DNA of 64,000 nt from Escherichia coli (GCF_003790525.1 NZ_CP033636.1), one strand, 5' to 3'; counted from the first letter of the stretch, positions 31,021-40,630 are shown. Made by a program: numbers and translations. The notes: a model not told the origin generated them from the sequence alone.

Positions 31021-31341
31021 ATGCCCAATAGCTTCGATAAGCCGCAGACGCGCCCAGCACATAACTCTGATGCCGAACCCTTTTTTCCCAAAAACCTTGG
31101 TTCGTTTATAGAGCAGGTGTCCGGAAGAGATCTGGCAATGCTCACAGAATCCGAAAAAGAACAGCTTGCGCACCTAATCAAAATTGGACGGAGATATGGA
31201 GTTTCTGTAGCTATCGTTCCCGATACAGACTCTGCTGAGCTTCATGAATTACTGTCTAATGCCGGTTCCATTGAAAGGCAGTTTTCCATCTATGAACGCA
31301 TCCAGACGAAGATTGCGTTCACACGGTGTCAGGAAGCATAA
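31021..31341 (+). CDS. hypothetical protein
   Basis: 106-aa ORF; weak RBS. Confidence 0.4.
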   Translation: MPNSFDKPQTRPAHNSDAEPFFPKNLGSFIEQVSGRDLAMLTESEKEQLAHLIKIGRRYGVSVAIVPDTDSAELHELLSNAGSIERQFSIYERIQTKIAFTRCQEA

Positions 31342-31748
31342 ACAAAGTGAGAAATACAACTACGTGGTATGACGTTGTACATGTTGAAATCATTACAGGC
31401 GAGCGAGACGGCAGGATATGGGTGCTGAAGCTCTCCTGTGGCCATACAGTATTTCGTCGAATACCTCCTCTTCGTCTTCATAGCCTCACCGCTTTTTCTC
31501 TGCGGGAGCCCCCAGAAAAATGTCGGTGCTCCCTTTGTAATTCGAATCCAAAATAAAACCTTTTTAAGGCCCCAAACTGAATATCACTGGATAAATCAAC
31601 CTCTACAGCGTTCAATCATAAACGCTAAATTTATATTTCATTCATTCTATTTTAAAAGCGATATAAAAGACGGAATCCGATTTAGTCTGTTTGATGCTTA
31701 AATCATCTTTAGTGCCCTTTATCTTTTACACAGCGACTTTAACATTAA

Positions 31749-31799
31749 CCTGAGCAGAAAAGTTGTTTTCAAACAAAGTGCGAAAACTTTCTGCTCAGG
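31749..31799. promoter_or_regulatory. long hairpin abutting a promoter module
   Basis: cctgagcagaaa...tttctgctcagg, a 12-bp perfect stem with about 25-nt loop; the 3' arm runs into the tcaggttattagcc motif. Confidence 0.45.
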
Positions 31800-31830
31800 T
31801 TATTAGCCGGGTAAGCCACTTTGTTATATT
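31795..31830 (+). promoter_or_regulatory. island promoter module copy
   Basis: tcaggttattagcc then 19 bp then a TATATT-like -10, upstream of the 31857 start. Confidence 0.5.
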
Positions 31831-31856
31831 TGTTTCACATTAACAGAGGAGGCGAT

Positions 31857-32168
31857 ATGCAAATTGAAAAGGTGATGTCATTACTTGAAGTGCTTTCAAG
31901 CTGGCTTGAAGATAACATCAATATGGATTCTGAAATTATCTTTGATAATGACGAAGATAATACCAACTCAGAAATTCTGTATCCTGCTGTAGAAAAGGCT
32001 AATGCCGTTTTGCGCAAAATGGCATCTTTATCTTCAGATTCTGTTCATGCAATTCGACAGCGCTTGCAGCTTGCCGTAGAAGGCAAAGCTGAATTGTCCC
32101 TCAAGGATGTGGGAGAGCTTCTGCTGGCAACAAAGTATCTGATGTTGTCCACTGAAGAGGGAGAGTAA
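31857..32168 (+). CDS. hypothetical acidic protein
   Basis: ORF 31821..32168; likely start at 31857 after the strong RBS agaggagg; acidic composition. Confidence 0.45.
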   Translation: MQIEKVMSLLEVLSSWLEDNINMDSEIIFDNDEDNTNSEILYPAVEKANAVLRKMASLSSDSVHAIRQRLQLAVEGKAELSLKDVGELLLATKYLMLSTEEGE

Positions 32169-32172
32169 GCCT

Positions 32173-32664
32173 GTGACCACTCTCGTATTTGAAATGGCGG
32201 ATATTAATAAACTGATCGAAGAAATTCGCACCGCAAAAACGTTTTCGGTCACCGCAGATCAGATCTATGACCCGGCATGCTATCCGGGGGGAGCCCTCCT
32301 TAACGCTGAGGGACAGACTGAAGAAGAGGCGCGTAAAGCTGGTAGGGTTTTCTTTCCCTCATCCTCAAAAATTGCCAGCACACATCTGGTGCCAAAAGTG
32401 CTTCTCGCGCACAGTCATGGTGTATACCTGATCACTAATGCTGAGCTTGAGGGCTCTCCCGCATCCCGCGATACTGTGGCTTACGCCCAGGGGATGAATC
32501 CAAAACTGGATGAGGACTGGGATTACGCTTGTGATGCCGCTTTGGGTGGGTCTGATTGTAGCTATACCATTCCCGTTGAGTGGCTGGAGTTAGCGGTAGA
32601 GCAGGGTTTTCAGGAGTTTCGACTTCGAATGAGTGAAACCAAGATCAAACTTGTCACTAAATAG
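32173..32664 (+). CDS. hypothetical protein
   Basis: 163-aa ORF, 4 bp after the previous stop. Confidence 0.45.
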   Translation: MTTLVFEMADINKLIEEIRTAKTFSVTADQIYDPACYPGGALLNAEGQTEEEARKAGRVFFPSSSKIASTHLVPKVLLAHSHGVYLITNAELEGSPASRDTVAYAQGMNPKLDEDWDYACDAALGGSDCSYTIPVEWLELAVEQGFQEFRLRMSETKIKLVTK

Positions 32665-32693
32665 TATGTCCTTGCTGTTGCCAGTCAAACATT

Positions 32694-32728
32694 GTCCGCC
32701 AGTCGAGCTGCTGGCGGATTGTTTTATA
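32694..32728 (+). terminator. candidate rho-independent terminator
   Basis: stem tccgccag / ctggcgga with 8-nt loop, followed by a T-rich tract attgtttta. Confidence 0.4.
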
Positions 32729-32743
32729 TAAGGAGGGGAAGGT

Positions 32744-33037
32744 ATGTCAGGTTTAAGCAGTTCCGCCCAGAAGCTTACAATGGCACAGATTTACGTGTTA
32801 CGACGGATGGCATCCGGCACGGTCTATGATATCTCTGGCAATTTCAGACGGGCCAGAGAACGGCGTACGTTTATGGGGAATCCTGATGATGTGACGTGCA
32901 GGAGCTCTCCGGTCCTGTTCCGGCTCGGCCTCGTGGAGTTATGCCAGCCAGCAAGCCATCTGGAGCCAGGTTTATACTATCGGCTCAAGTTGAGCTCCTC
33001 AGGGCATGAGGCTCTCAAGGCGAACGCACACCTCTAA
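32744..33037 (+). CDS. hypothetical protein
   Basis: 97-aa ORF with RBS aggagggg. Confidence 0.45.
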   Translation: MSGLSSSAQKLTMAQIYVLRRMASGTVYDISGNFRRARERRTFMGNPDDVTCRSSPVLFRLGLVELCQPASHLEPGLYYRLKLSSSGHEALKANAHL

Positions 33038-33065
33038 CATTTGAGATAGTTCGTTCGCAGCCAGG

Positions 33066-33076
33066 AAAGTAACTTT
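33066..33076. repeat. AAAGTWACTTT palindrome copy
   Basis: exact aaagtaacttt, about 30 bp after the stop of 32744..33037. Confidence 0.6.
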
Positions 33077-33216
33077 CACCTCAAGTGTGACCCTTACTAC
33101 CTCATTTATGAGTAAACCCCCCCTCTGATATGTCGAAAATGCTCATTTATACGAAAATAGTTTCTCTTCAGGTGTGATGTAATTACTGAGAATTCTCCCT
33201 GAATGGAAGGCAACCG

Positions 33217-33420
33217 ATGAAAATGTTTTTTACCCCTTATGTTCGTATCGTTTTCTATTTTTGCGCATTGATTTTTATTGTTTACAGTTTCAGTGATTTT
33301 TTCCAGGGCGTCCCTGACAGCACCTTCTTCAGTGCGGTCATCATGCTACTTGTTATCGGAACCATTGTTGCCCGGCATCTGGATCGCAAAAAATCTCTCA
33401 AAAATACTTCACAGATTTAA
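33217..33420 (+). CDS. hypothetical small membrane protein
   Basis: 67-aa ORF with two hydrophobic segments. Confidence 0.35.
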   Translation: MKMFFTPYVRIVFYFCALIFIVYSFSDFFQGVPDSTFFSAVIMLLVIGTIVARHLDRKKSLKNTSQI

Positions 33421-33474
33421 GTTTCAACTCAGGCCACTCTCGGGTGGCTTTTATAATTTAATAAGGACCGGTTC

Positions 33475-33699
33475 ATGCATAACCACGAAATTCAGACCAT
33501 TGCTATATTTAGTGCCCAGTATAAAAACATCGAAGATGCTGAAAATGCAGGTGCTTTATATTCTGTAGATATTGAATATCCGATGACACTAAATGATTTA
33601 TCGCGGCTTTGCGACTCTATTGCCGAAGCAGTAGGTGTGCCTGGCGGCGTCAAATACCAGTTCGTGTCCCAGCCGGAAGCGCATGAAACCAGCTTCTGA
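33475..33699 (+). CDS. small protein, paralog of the 28271 product
   Basis: 74-aa ORF; block DIEYPMTLNDLSRLCDSIAEAVGVPGGVKY. Confidence 0.5.
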   Translation: MHNHEIQTIAIFSAQYKNIEDAENAGALYSVDIEYPMTLNDLSRLCDSIAEAVGVPGGVKYQFVSQPEAHETSF

Positions 33700-33738
33700 T
33701 AACCAGTAACCAAACTGCCTAAAAGCAGGTGCAAAGCC

Positions 33739-33939
33739 ATGAAACAAACAAAGTCTTCTATGTCACGTATTGTGCAGCTGTACGACGGGAGCCGATACGG
33801 AAACTGCGAGCAGGCTGATAACGAAGGAGAGCTTTTTACGGTGGTGTTGAATAAGCCTTCGCAGATCGATGACATCCGTAAAATCGTAGACACAACCGCC
33901 GAAGTACTTGGCAAAGCTTTGCCAGTACTCCTCTTATAA
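33739..33939 (+). CDS. hypothetical small protein
   Basis: 66-aa ORF; loose resemblance to the 28271/33475 pair. Confidence 0.35.
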   Translation: MKQTKSSMSRIVQLYDGSRYGNCEQADNEGELFTVVLNKPSQIDDIRKIVDTTAEVLGKALPVLLL

Positions 33940-34098
33940 AGCTTACATCCGTGAAGGATAATTACGGTCTTACTACTTTCAGTTTTTCATTCCAGTGCCG
34001 TCCATTTTAATTTATCGATTTTAAGCGGTCGGCGCTATTTCATCGTTTCTTTTCCGACTGTAATTCCTTATATATAGGAATATTTCAAAGAATTTTTC

Positions 34099-34135
34099 TC
34101 AGGTTATTTGTGGCGGGATGCCAGTTGTTATAATG
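34099..34135 (+). promoter_or_regulatory. island promoter module, variant
   Basis: tcaggttatttg then 19 bp then tataat, upstream of the 34162 start. Confidence 0.45.
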
Positions 34136-34161
34136 ATTCCACATAATCTGGAGAGTTAATC

Positions 34162-34473
34162 ATGATCACATCTCTAATGAATTTCCGCGATTTAACCGGA
34201 GAGGCAGTCATCCAGGCGCGGCAATGCGTTATTAATGCGGAGATCGAAGCGGCCCGGGAAAAGGTAATTCATGCTCGTTCGTTATTCGAAGCGGGTATAC
34301 ATAATGTTGTAAACGGTAGTTCTGGCATTAAGGCTGCGGCAGCACATTTTCTGGTGATAAAACGTTTACAGACTGACACTCGGTATCTGGATGCGGTTAT
34401 CACTGATAACCTTTGCATGTTTTCTCCTGAGGGTTATCTGTATCTGTTTATGCAACAGCGTTATATGCGATAA
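34162..34473 (+). CDS. hypothetical protein
   Basis: 103-aa ORF with RBS ggagag. Confidence 0.45.
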   Translation: MITSLMNFRDLTGEAVIQARQCVINAEIEAAREKVIHARSLFEAGIHNVVNGSSGIKAAAAHFLVIKRLQTDTRYLDAVITDNLCMFSPEGYLYLFMQQRYMR

Positions 34474-34847
34474 AACAATGTGTTAGGGAAGTATCTTGCC
34501 ATTAAAAATATTAAAAAGGTGACTTGATGAAACCATTTGGACTTGCCGGAAAACCCCGGCCCGAACCTTGCGGCTGCTGCTGGTATACCCGTGAGGACTG
34601 CCCTTACGTCAGCGCAAAATAGATCTATCGCCGCAGGCAGCGCAAGGCAGAACGCCAGCGTCAGCGCAGCACCATTGTGATGGCCGTTTCTGAATTTCGC
34701 TGACTTCTTCTGGAAATATCATTTTTTCTCCAGAAGAATTTTAAAATAAAGGGAAATCTCTTCACGGGTATCTGATGTTTATTGTTTATGGTAAATTGCG
34801 CCACATTAATTTTTGTGGCGCAGTTCGTGTTGGCTTAAGGATATAAT

Positions 34848-35129
34848 ATGAAAATCAGCCAGCTGGAATCCGGGATGCAGGTTTGGTCTGTAACCCGTAC
34901 CAAAATGGGAAATACCACCATTACAACGGTCATTGTCCACCCCGTTGTCATTATAGAAATTCATGATAATCATGTGATTGCTCGCTGGAACGGCAATGCA
35001 CCACGTCGTTTTGGAGAAACGGCTATCAGGGGCTGGAAGAAGGAGAAGCCCCTGCTTGTCCGTGAACCTTTCGGAAATGCTCGCCTGGCCACCCGGGCTG
35101 AAAAAGCCGCTATGCAGGAAAAAGAGTAA
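34848..35129 (+). CDS. hypothetical protein
   Basis: 93-aa ORF; preceded by inverted repeat gcgccaca / tgtggcgc and a tataat. Confidence 0.4.
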   Translation: MKISQLESGMQVWSVTRTKMGNTTITTVIVHPVVIIEIHDNHVIARWNGNAPRRFGETAIRGWKKEKPLLVREPFGNARLATRAEKAAMQEKE

Positions 35130-35344
35130 TACCCCTTTTAGCATCCACAATTTCAACGTCCATCTGCCTTTAACCTTGCCTGTTAATAACGGAATCCTTT
35201 CTGACTGGCCGGATCCCACGCATAACCTGAACTGTTGGCTAACCGTCTTACAGCCAAATTCCCTCCTTTATCTGGCAGGAGTGCGTCCGTGAGCTCTGTA
35301 TGATCTACGTGTTTGTTCAGTAGAGCACATAACAGGAGTGGGGT

Positions 35345-35950
35345 ATGACTGAATTAAATAAAAGCCCGTCCGGTTTTTCCGGAGCTGATGTCAGTAAAGA
35401 ACAGGCTGCCATAAGGGCACTTGTAGAAAGAGTAGTGACCAACTATCGCAGCCGGACAGCACCTGATCGGGTTCAAAAGGCTTCGGTAGCGTTTAATGGG
35501 GGATTAATCCTGACCCTGATGCTGGCCTTGTCGCTATTGGGCTACCTTGTGGCGGAATTGTTCAGGGGGTATGTTGCGGATAGTTCACCCTATGTGCCTG
35601 GTCTAAGTTATTCGCAATTTTCGATGCTGATGATCGTTGAGCTGTGTCTATGCTTTCTCGCATGGTTTTTGGTTGTCACAGGGGACTATCCCCGGCCGTG
35701 GATATTTCAGGTAGTCCCGATGGAGCAGTACTGGTTCTTTGACGAAGTGGATGACGACGATCTTGCCCGGCTTTCCTGTAACCCTTACATCAAGCGCTGG
35801 CTACTTGATGAAATGTCCGGTATTCATCGACTGACCTACACGAGGCTGCATGATCGACTGGAGCGCATCTGTAATATTCCATCCCATCTCGAATACAGCC
35901 GTATTCAGGCACATAAGCTTTCCCTAATCAACGGAACCAGTGCCTCCTGA
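35345..35950 (+). CDS. hypothetical membrane protein
   Basis: 201-aa ORF with RBS aacaggag and two or more hydrophobic helices. Confidence 0.45.
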   Translation: MTELNKSPSGFSGADVSKEQAAIRALVERVVTNYRSRTAPDRVQKASVAFNGGLILTLMLALSLLGYLVAELFRGYVADSSPYVPGLSYSQFSMLMIVELCLCFLAWFLVVTGDYPRPWIFQVVPMEQYWFFDEVDDDDLARLSCNPYIKRWLLDEMSGIHRLTYTRLHDRLERICNIPSHLEYSRIQAHKLSLINGTSAS

Positions 35951-36282
35951 TCCTACCATTGCATCCGGAAATTAAACGGGCAGGAACTGCACTGTATGTT
36001 CCGACCAAGCAGCTGCCCGTTACCCTTTTCTTTAGTGTAAAAAGACTGTCTCCGACAACCGGAAGTGACTCATGTCAAATAAATTATAAATCAATGATTT
36101 ATGCAGGCAGGGTGTTTGGCTGATCAGGGCAGAGTGATATAATGACGCTGGTGCTGGAGGCTTTTGCCCCAGCCAGCGGTAACACTGTTTGACTGTGGTA
36201 AAAGCAGAAAGCCCCGAGTAATTTTTCAATTAACCTGTACTGCACCCATTTTGTTGGACGATGAAATGGAATAGCCCCTGAT

Positions 36283-36804
36283 ATGTCAAAGCCAAAATAC
36301 CCTTTTGAAAAGCGCCTTGAAGTCGTGAATCACTACTTCACTACTGATGATGGTTACAGGATCATCTCGGCACGTTTTGGTGTCCCCCGAACCCAGGTCA
36401 GGACATGGGTTGCCCTCTATGAAAAACATGGAGAAAAAGGTTTAATTCCCAAACCTAAAGGTGTTAGTGCTGATCCTGAGTTGCGTATTAAGGTCGTGAA
36501 AGCGGTGATCGAGCAGCACATGTCCCTTAATCAGGCTGCTGCTCACTTTATGCTTGCTGGTAGTGGTTCTGTAGCCAGGTGGCTGAAGGTTTATGAAGAG
36601 CGCGGAGAAGCTGGTTTACGCGCGCTCAAGATTGGCACCAAAAGAAACATTGCAATATCAGTTGATCCAGAAAAAGCGGCATCAGCATTGGAGCTGTCAA
36701 AAGACCGACGCATTGAGGATCTTGAAAGGCAAGTTCGATTTCTTGAAACGCGGCTTGTGTATCTAAAAAAGCTGAAAGCCTTAGCTCATCCCACGAAAAA
36801 GTGA
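36283..36804 (+). CDS. insJ: IS150 transposase OrfA
   Basis: 173-aa ORF MSKPKYPFEKRLEVVNHYFTTDDGYRIISARFGVPRTQVRTWV, recognised as IS150 InsJ. Confidence 0.9.
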   Translation: MSKPKYPFEKRLEVVNHYFTTDDGYRIISARFGVPRTQVRTWVALYEKHGEKGLIPKPKGVSADPELRIKVVKAVIEQHMSLNQAAAHFMLAGSGSVARWLKVYEERGEAGLRALKIGTKRNIAISVDPEKAASALELSKDRRIEDLERQVRFLETRLVYLKKLKALAHPTKK

Positions 36805-37652
36805 AAGTACTCAACGAGCTAAGGCAGTTTTATCCTCTTGATGAGCTTCTCAGGGCTGCGGAGATACCGCGCAGTACGTTTTATTACCATCTAAAGGCTC
36901 TCAGCAAGCCTGACAAGTATGCGGACGTTAAAAAGCGTATTGGTGAGATTTATCATGAGAATAGAGGCCGATACGGATACCGTAGGGTAACGCTGTCTCT
37001 TCATCGAGAAGGGAAACAGATTAACCATAAAGCTGTTCAGCGCCTGATGGGAATCCTCTCACTGAAGGCAGCGATTAAGGTCAAGCGATACCGCTCTTAC
37101 AGAGGAGAGGTAGGGCAAACCGCCCCCAATGTTCTCCAAAGAGATTTCAAGGCTACGCGGCCAAACGAGAAGTGGGTTACCGATGTTACTGAATTTGCAG
37201 TCAATGGGCGCAAGCTGTATTTGTCTCCAGTAATAGATCTCTTCAACAACGAAGTTATTTCTTACAGCCTTTCGGAAAGACCAGTGATGAACATGGTCGA
37301 GAATATGCTCGATCAGGCATTCAAAAAGCTTAATCCTCACGAGCATCCTGTTCTGCACTCTGACCAGGGATGGCAGTATCGTATGAGAAGATATCAAAAT
37401 ATCCTTAAAGAACATGGTATTAAACAAAGCATGTCCAGAAAAGGCAATTGTCTGGATAATGCTGTGGTGGAGTGTTTCTTTGGAACCTTAAAGTCGGAGT
37501 GTTTTTATCTTGATGAGTTCAGTAATATAAGCGAGCTGAAGGATGCTGTTACGGAATATATTGAATACTACAACAGCAGAAGAATTAGCCTGAAATTAAA
37601 AGGTCTGACTCCAATTGAATATCGGAATCAGACCTATATGCCTCGTGTTTAA
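36801..37652 (+). CDS. insK: IS150 transposase OrfB (DDE domain)
   Basis: 283-aa ORF overlapping orfA in the -1 frame, typical IS3-family arrangement. Confidence 0.9.
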   Translation: MKVLNELRQFYPLDELLRAAEIPRSTFYYHLKALSKPDKYADVKKRIGEIYHENRGRYGYRRVTLSLHREGKQINHKAVQRLMGILSLKAAIKVKRYRSYRGEVGQTAPNVLQRDFKATRPNEKWVTDVTEFAVNGRKLYLSPVIDLFNNEVISYSLSERPVMNMVENMLDQAFKKLNPHEHPVLHSDQGWQYRMRRYQNILKEHGIKQSMSRKGNCLDNAVVECFFGTLKSECFYLDEFSNISELKDAVTEYIEYYNSRRISLKLKGLTPIEYRNQTYMPRV

Positions 37653-37681
37653 CTGTCCAACTTTCTGGGGTCAGTACAACC

Positions 37682-37760
37682 CGAGGCCCCTGTATGCTAG
37701 TCACACACAGCGTAGCCTCTTGCCTGCTTAAATGCAAGGAGAAGAAGGCCATGAAAATGC
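37682..37760 (-). ncRNA. sok: candidate Sok antisense RNA region
   Basis: by analogy with plasmid hok/sok loci the antisense RNA lies opposite the leader ORF start; not verified here by promoter or terminator. Confidence 0.2.
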
Positions 37761-37909
37761 CGAACCAACCCATTGTTTTGTGCATATTAATAGTTTGTTT
37801 AACGCTGTTGATATTCACCTGGCTCACACGAAACTCGCTTTGCGAGTTGCGGATGAAAGACGGAACAAGGGAGGTATTTGCTATCCTGGCCTACGAATCC
37901 GGTAAGTAG
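37751..37909 (+). CDS. hok: Hok/Gef-family type I toxin
   Basis: 52-aa product [52 protein letters not shown] closely resembles plasmid Hok; RBS caaggagaag; an in-frame leader ORF starts at 37694. Confidence 0.85.
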   Translation: MKMPNQPIVLCILIVCLTLLIFTWLTRNSLCELRMKDGTREVFAILAYESGK

Positions 37910-37915
37910 CTGACA

Positions 37916-37943
37916 AAGAGGGGGGCAACCCCCCTCTTTTCAG
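37916..37943 (+). terminator. rho-independent terminator after hok
   Basis: perfect stem agagggggg / cccccctct with loop caa, then ttttc. Confidence 0.6.
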
Positions 37944-37978
37944 GGTGTGGATTAGTATGCCATCGGCACCTTTTGAAA

Positions 37979-38009
37979 GGGTTCCTCTAAAGCGGAGGAA
38001 CCCTTTTTT
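37979..38009 (+). terminator. second rho-independent terminator
   Basis: perfect stem gggttcctc / gaggaaccc, then tttttt. Confidence 0.6.
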
Positions 38010-38327
38010 CTTTTAGTGAAAAGATTGTGGTTAGTAACGTTATGCAGGGTAAGCGTTCATATCAGCGGGCCACCAGCCATCTTTCATTCCCATCATGAAA
38101 TTGCGGTTCATTGTGCCCACAAACACTCAGCTGGGCACCGTTCCGCTTCATGCAGGTCCGGTGCATCTTCATTTTCAGACGCTAAGCTGATCGGGGTGCA
38201 TCGTGGAGCAGTGATGCCAGAGGGAGAAATTGCAACCGTGAAATCAAAACTTATCATTCGGCTACCGGGCAGTGGTACTCACCTGGCAGAGCATGTATTT
38301 ATATCCGGGCCTGGCTGATGCAGCCCT

Positions 38328-38546
38328 TCATACCTTCTGCTTCTCAAGGACACGGCGGAGTTTTTTTACCTGGGACGCAGTGGAAAGTGTGCCGGTTCTG
38401 GGATGGCATGCGCTTGCCTTTTCATCAGGTTTAAGCTCATAGGCTAATGCCAGATCGTTCAGAGCCGCCTCAGCTTTCAGCAGGGCCTCAATGGCCGTGT
38501 TCAGGTATACAGTTCGGCTCTCATGGTTCATCAGTATTGTCCTCAC
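38328..38546 (-). CDS. hypothetical small protein
   Basis: 72-aa ORF. Confidence 0.3.
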   Translation of the reverse strand: MRTILMNHESRTVYLNTAIEALLKAEAALNDLALAYELKPDEKASACHPRTGTLSTASQVKKLRRVLEKQKV

Positions 38547-38576
38547 AAGGGTAAAATGACAGGCGATACCTGCCGT

Positions 38577-38933
38577 TTACCCTTTGTCTCCGTTAAGAAT
38601 GGCATTACGGCAGGCTTCCCAGATAACCTGGGCATTAGCATCACACTCCACGAACCCGCCGCACTGATCGTATATCACCTGGTATACCTCTGGGGGAATC
38701 TTCCCAGGCGCAACCGGAGTTGAGCGTTTGCCTTTATGAATCTCATCTGCGGTATCACAGACAGCGTCGAGATGCCGCGACATCCACTCAGATAATTTCA
38801 GACCCTCTCGATTTGCCTGTTTTACATAGCGAACCTTTCTGGAAACCGTAGATCGCATCTGAATCTGTGTCACAGCTGGCACATCTTCTTTCATGGCATT
38901 CTGTAATGCAGCTTTGGGCTTTTTCATGTTCAT
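38577..38933 (-). CDS. hypothetical protein
   Basis: 118-aa ORF. Confidence 0.4.
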   Translation of the reverse strand: MNMKKPKAALQNAMKEDVPAVTQIQMRSTVSRKVRYVKQANREGLKLSEWMSRHLDAVCDTADEIHKGKRSTPVAPGKIPPEVYQVIYDQCGGFVECDANAQVIWEACRNAILNGDKG

Positions 38934-38986
38934 GGTTGCTTTAAATTATTCTGGAGTTCGTCTGTTATAAATGCTGCCGTGATCTG

Positions 38987-39589
38987 TCAGCGTCGCTTAA
39001 ATAGTTTATCGCCTTCCGCCAGTTCGCCGTTGAGCTGTTCAATCACACTCCAGATGAGCCGATCATCCGGCGTTGAGCCTGCACACTCTTTCACGACCGC
39101 CACGGGTCTAAATTCTTCAGGGTCTGCCTGCCCGGAGGTGAAGAGCCTGCTCTCAACCCAGTGGGCCCCCTCTGTGCAGCAGTGGCAACTGGTTTCAGGT
39201 GGTTCATCCAGACCGTCCACTCCACAGGCTGAGCAGGTGAACAGTTTGCGAGACCCACCAGCCAGTGGCGTATCGCAAGCTGCTGGAAGTGCGCCAGCAT
39301 TGCGCCAGTAAAGCACATGATTTGAATCGTAGCAGTGTCCATGAAGCAGAAGCGAAACGCCGCAACTGCGAGTTTCAATGGCTTTGCCTGTGCCAAGGTA
39401 TTGCCCGATTTCGTCCCATACGTCCACTAAGGTGTCAGGCAGCGGACGCGTAACAGGGAACTTAGCGCAGTCGTCCGGGGTGCCTTTAATGCAGCAGAGG
39501 GCCGAATACGCAAGCTCCTGCATTTCGTAGGAGTACTGACCACATACCACGCGTTCCAGTTTGTCGATTAGTTGTTCTTTATTCATCAT
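38987..39589 (-). CDS. hypothetical Cys/His-rich protein
   Basis: 200-aa ORF with many Cys and His (CSACGVD, CHCCTEGAH), suggesting metal binding. Confidence 0.4.
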   Translation of the reverse strand: MMNKEQLIDKLERVVCGQYSYEMQELAYSALCCIKGTPDDCAKFPVTRPLPDTLVDVWDEIGQYLGTGKAIETRSCGVSLLLHGHCYDSNHVLYWRNAGALPAACDTPLAGGSRKLFTCSACGVDGLDEPPETSCHCCTEGAHWVESRLFTSGQADPEEFRPVAVVKECAGSTPDDRLIWSVIEQLNGELAEGDKLFKRR

Positions 39590-39685
39590 ACTTAGCCTTA
39601 TTAAACAAATTCATTACACCACTGGCACCATCTGGGCAGGAGCAGACTGCGGCCCGGTAGTAGAGCCGCAGGGGGTGTCGCTGGA

Positions 39686-40630
39686 CTAACAGGCGCTCAG
39701 TGAGTCCCGCACTTCCTCATGACTGGTCATATTCAGAAGAAGCTTTCCAGGGCAGCGTGGTTCCGCCTGTGAACGGGTGACGTCTTCATTGAGTGCCTGG
39801 ATATGAGCAGATTCAACGGTCCTACGCTGTACGACATGGTTGCTAAGGTTGAATTCGCACTGGAGCCTTCTGGCATCAGAATCCGCGTTCATTGCAATGC
39901 GTTCATCAAAGCGGCGGTTCATTCGCAGAGCCTCTTCGTGAGCTGCATCAACAAGGGTGCGTCTGGTGACATAGTCGTTACCAGCAAAAAACGATAGCTG
40001 AGCGTGTTCCGAAGAGTAGTCGGAGCTTCCCTTACAACGGGCAATCGCGGCTTCAGAGTGCAGGATTAATGAACTCAACCGTGAACAGACGTCATTGATG
40101 GTGCCTGTTTTCAGACAGTCGTGGATAAGTGTCCAGGCGGAAATGCTCAGCGGGCGGCTGGTGGTCACATAGGGATTGTAATGATCAACCGTTACGATTG
40201 TACGCAGTGAATGAAGCGATTCGGACTGCGTACGTAAGTCACGGCGAACAGTAGATGCCACCGAGGCAACATCTTTACATTCTTTGTCGGACATCGAGTC
40301 CAGTACGCGGATCTCCACCTCTGCCGCCTTTGAGGCGATATGCGCACTAATCTCCCCCTTAAGACGTTTGTAGTCAGCCTTGAAGCTTCCCACGCTGTCA
40401 ATATCGATCCAGTAACCACAGCTGTAACCAGCATTACCAAACTCGTCATCTTTCTCATAGTTCGGACAGCCGTCATTGCTCCAGCCAGCTTTTTCCAGCA
40501 GCTCGTCAATAGCGACCAGCTCAGCCATTGGTGCATGTTCGATAATGAAATAATGGACACGGCCCCAGGCATATGCGCGTGAACGGCCATCAACAGAAGT
40601 ATCAGAAGTCGTCTGACGGGAAAGTTTCAT
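39686..40630 (-). CDS. hypothetical protein
   Basis: 314-aa ORF. Confidence 0.45.
   Translation of the reverse strand: MKLSRQTTSDTSVDGRSRAYAWGRVHYFIIEHAPMAELVAIDELLEKAGWSNDGCPNYEKDDEFGNAGYSCGYWIDIDSVGSFKADYKRLKGEISAHIASKAAEVEIRVLDSMSDKECKDVASVASTVRRDLRTQSESLHSLRTIVTVDHYNPYVTTSRPLSISAWTLIHDCLKTGTINDVCSRLSSLILHSEAAIARCKGSSDYSSEHAQLSFFAGNDYVTRRTLVDAAHEEALRMNRRFDERIAMNADSDARRLQCEFNLSNHVVQRRTVESAHIQALNEDVTRSQAEPRCPGKLLLNMTSHEEVRDSLSAC

Larger units (their letters stand above)
36236..37678 (+). mobile_element. IS150 (IS3 family), complete, 1443 bp
   Basis: ends tgtactgcaccc...ggtcagtaca are inverted; flanking 3-bp direct repeat acc on both sides; carries the orfA/orfB pair. Confidence 0.9.

Noticed and set aside
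33492-33914. 140-aa minus-strand ORF
   Set aside because: Antisense to two small plus-strand genes, one of which has a paralog elsewhere in the island.
37585-37827. 80-aa minus-strand ORF across the IS150 end and hok leader
   Set aside because: Spans the IS150/hok junction, so it cannot be an ancestral gene; the region is explained by IS150 and hok.
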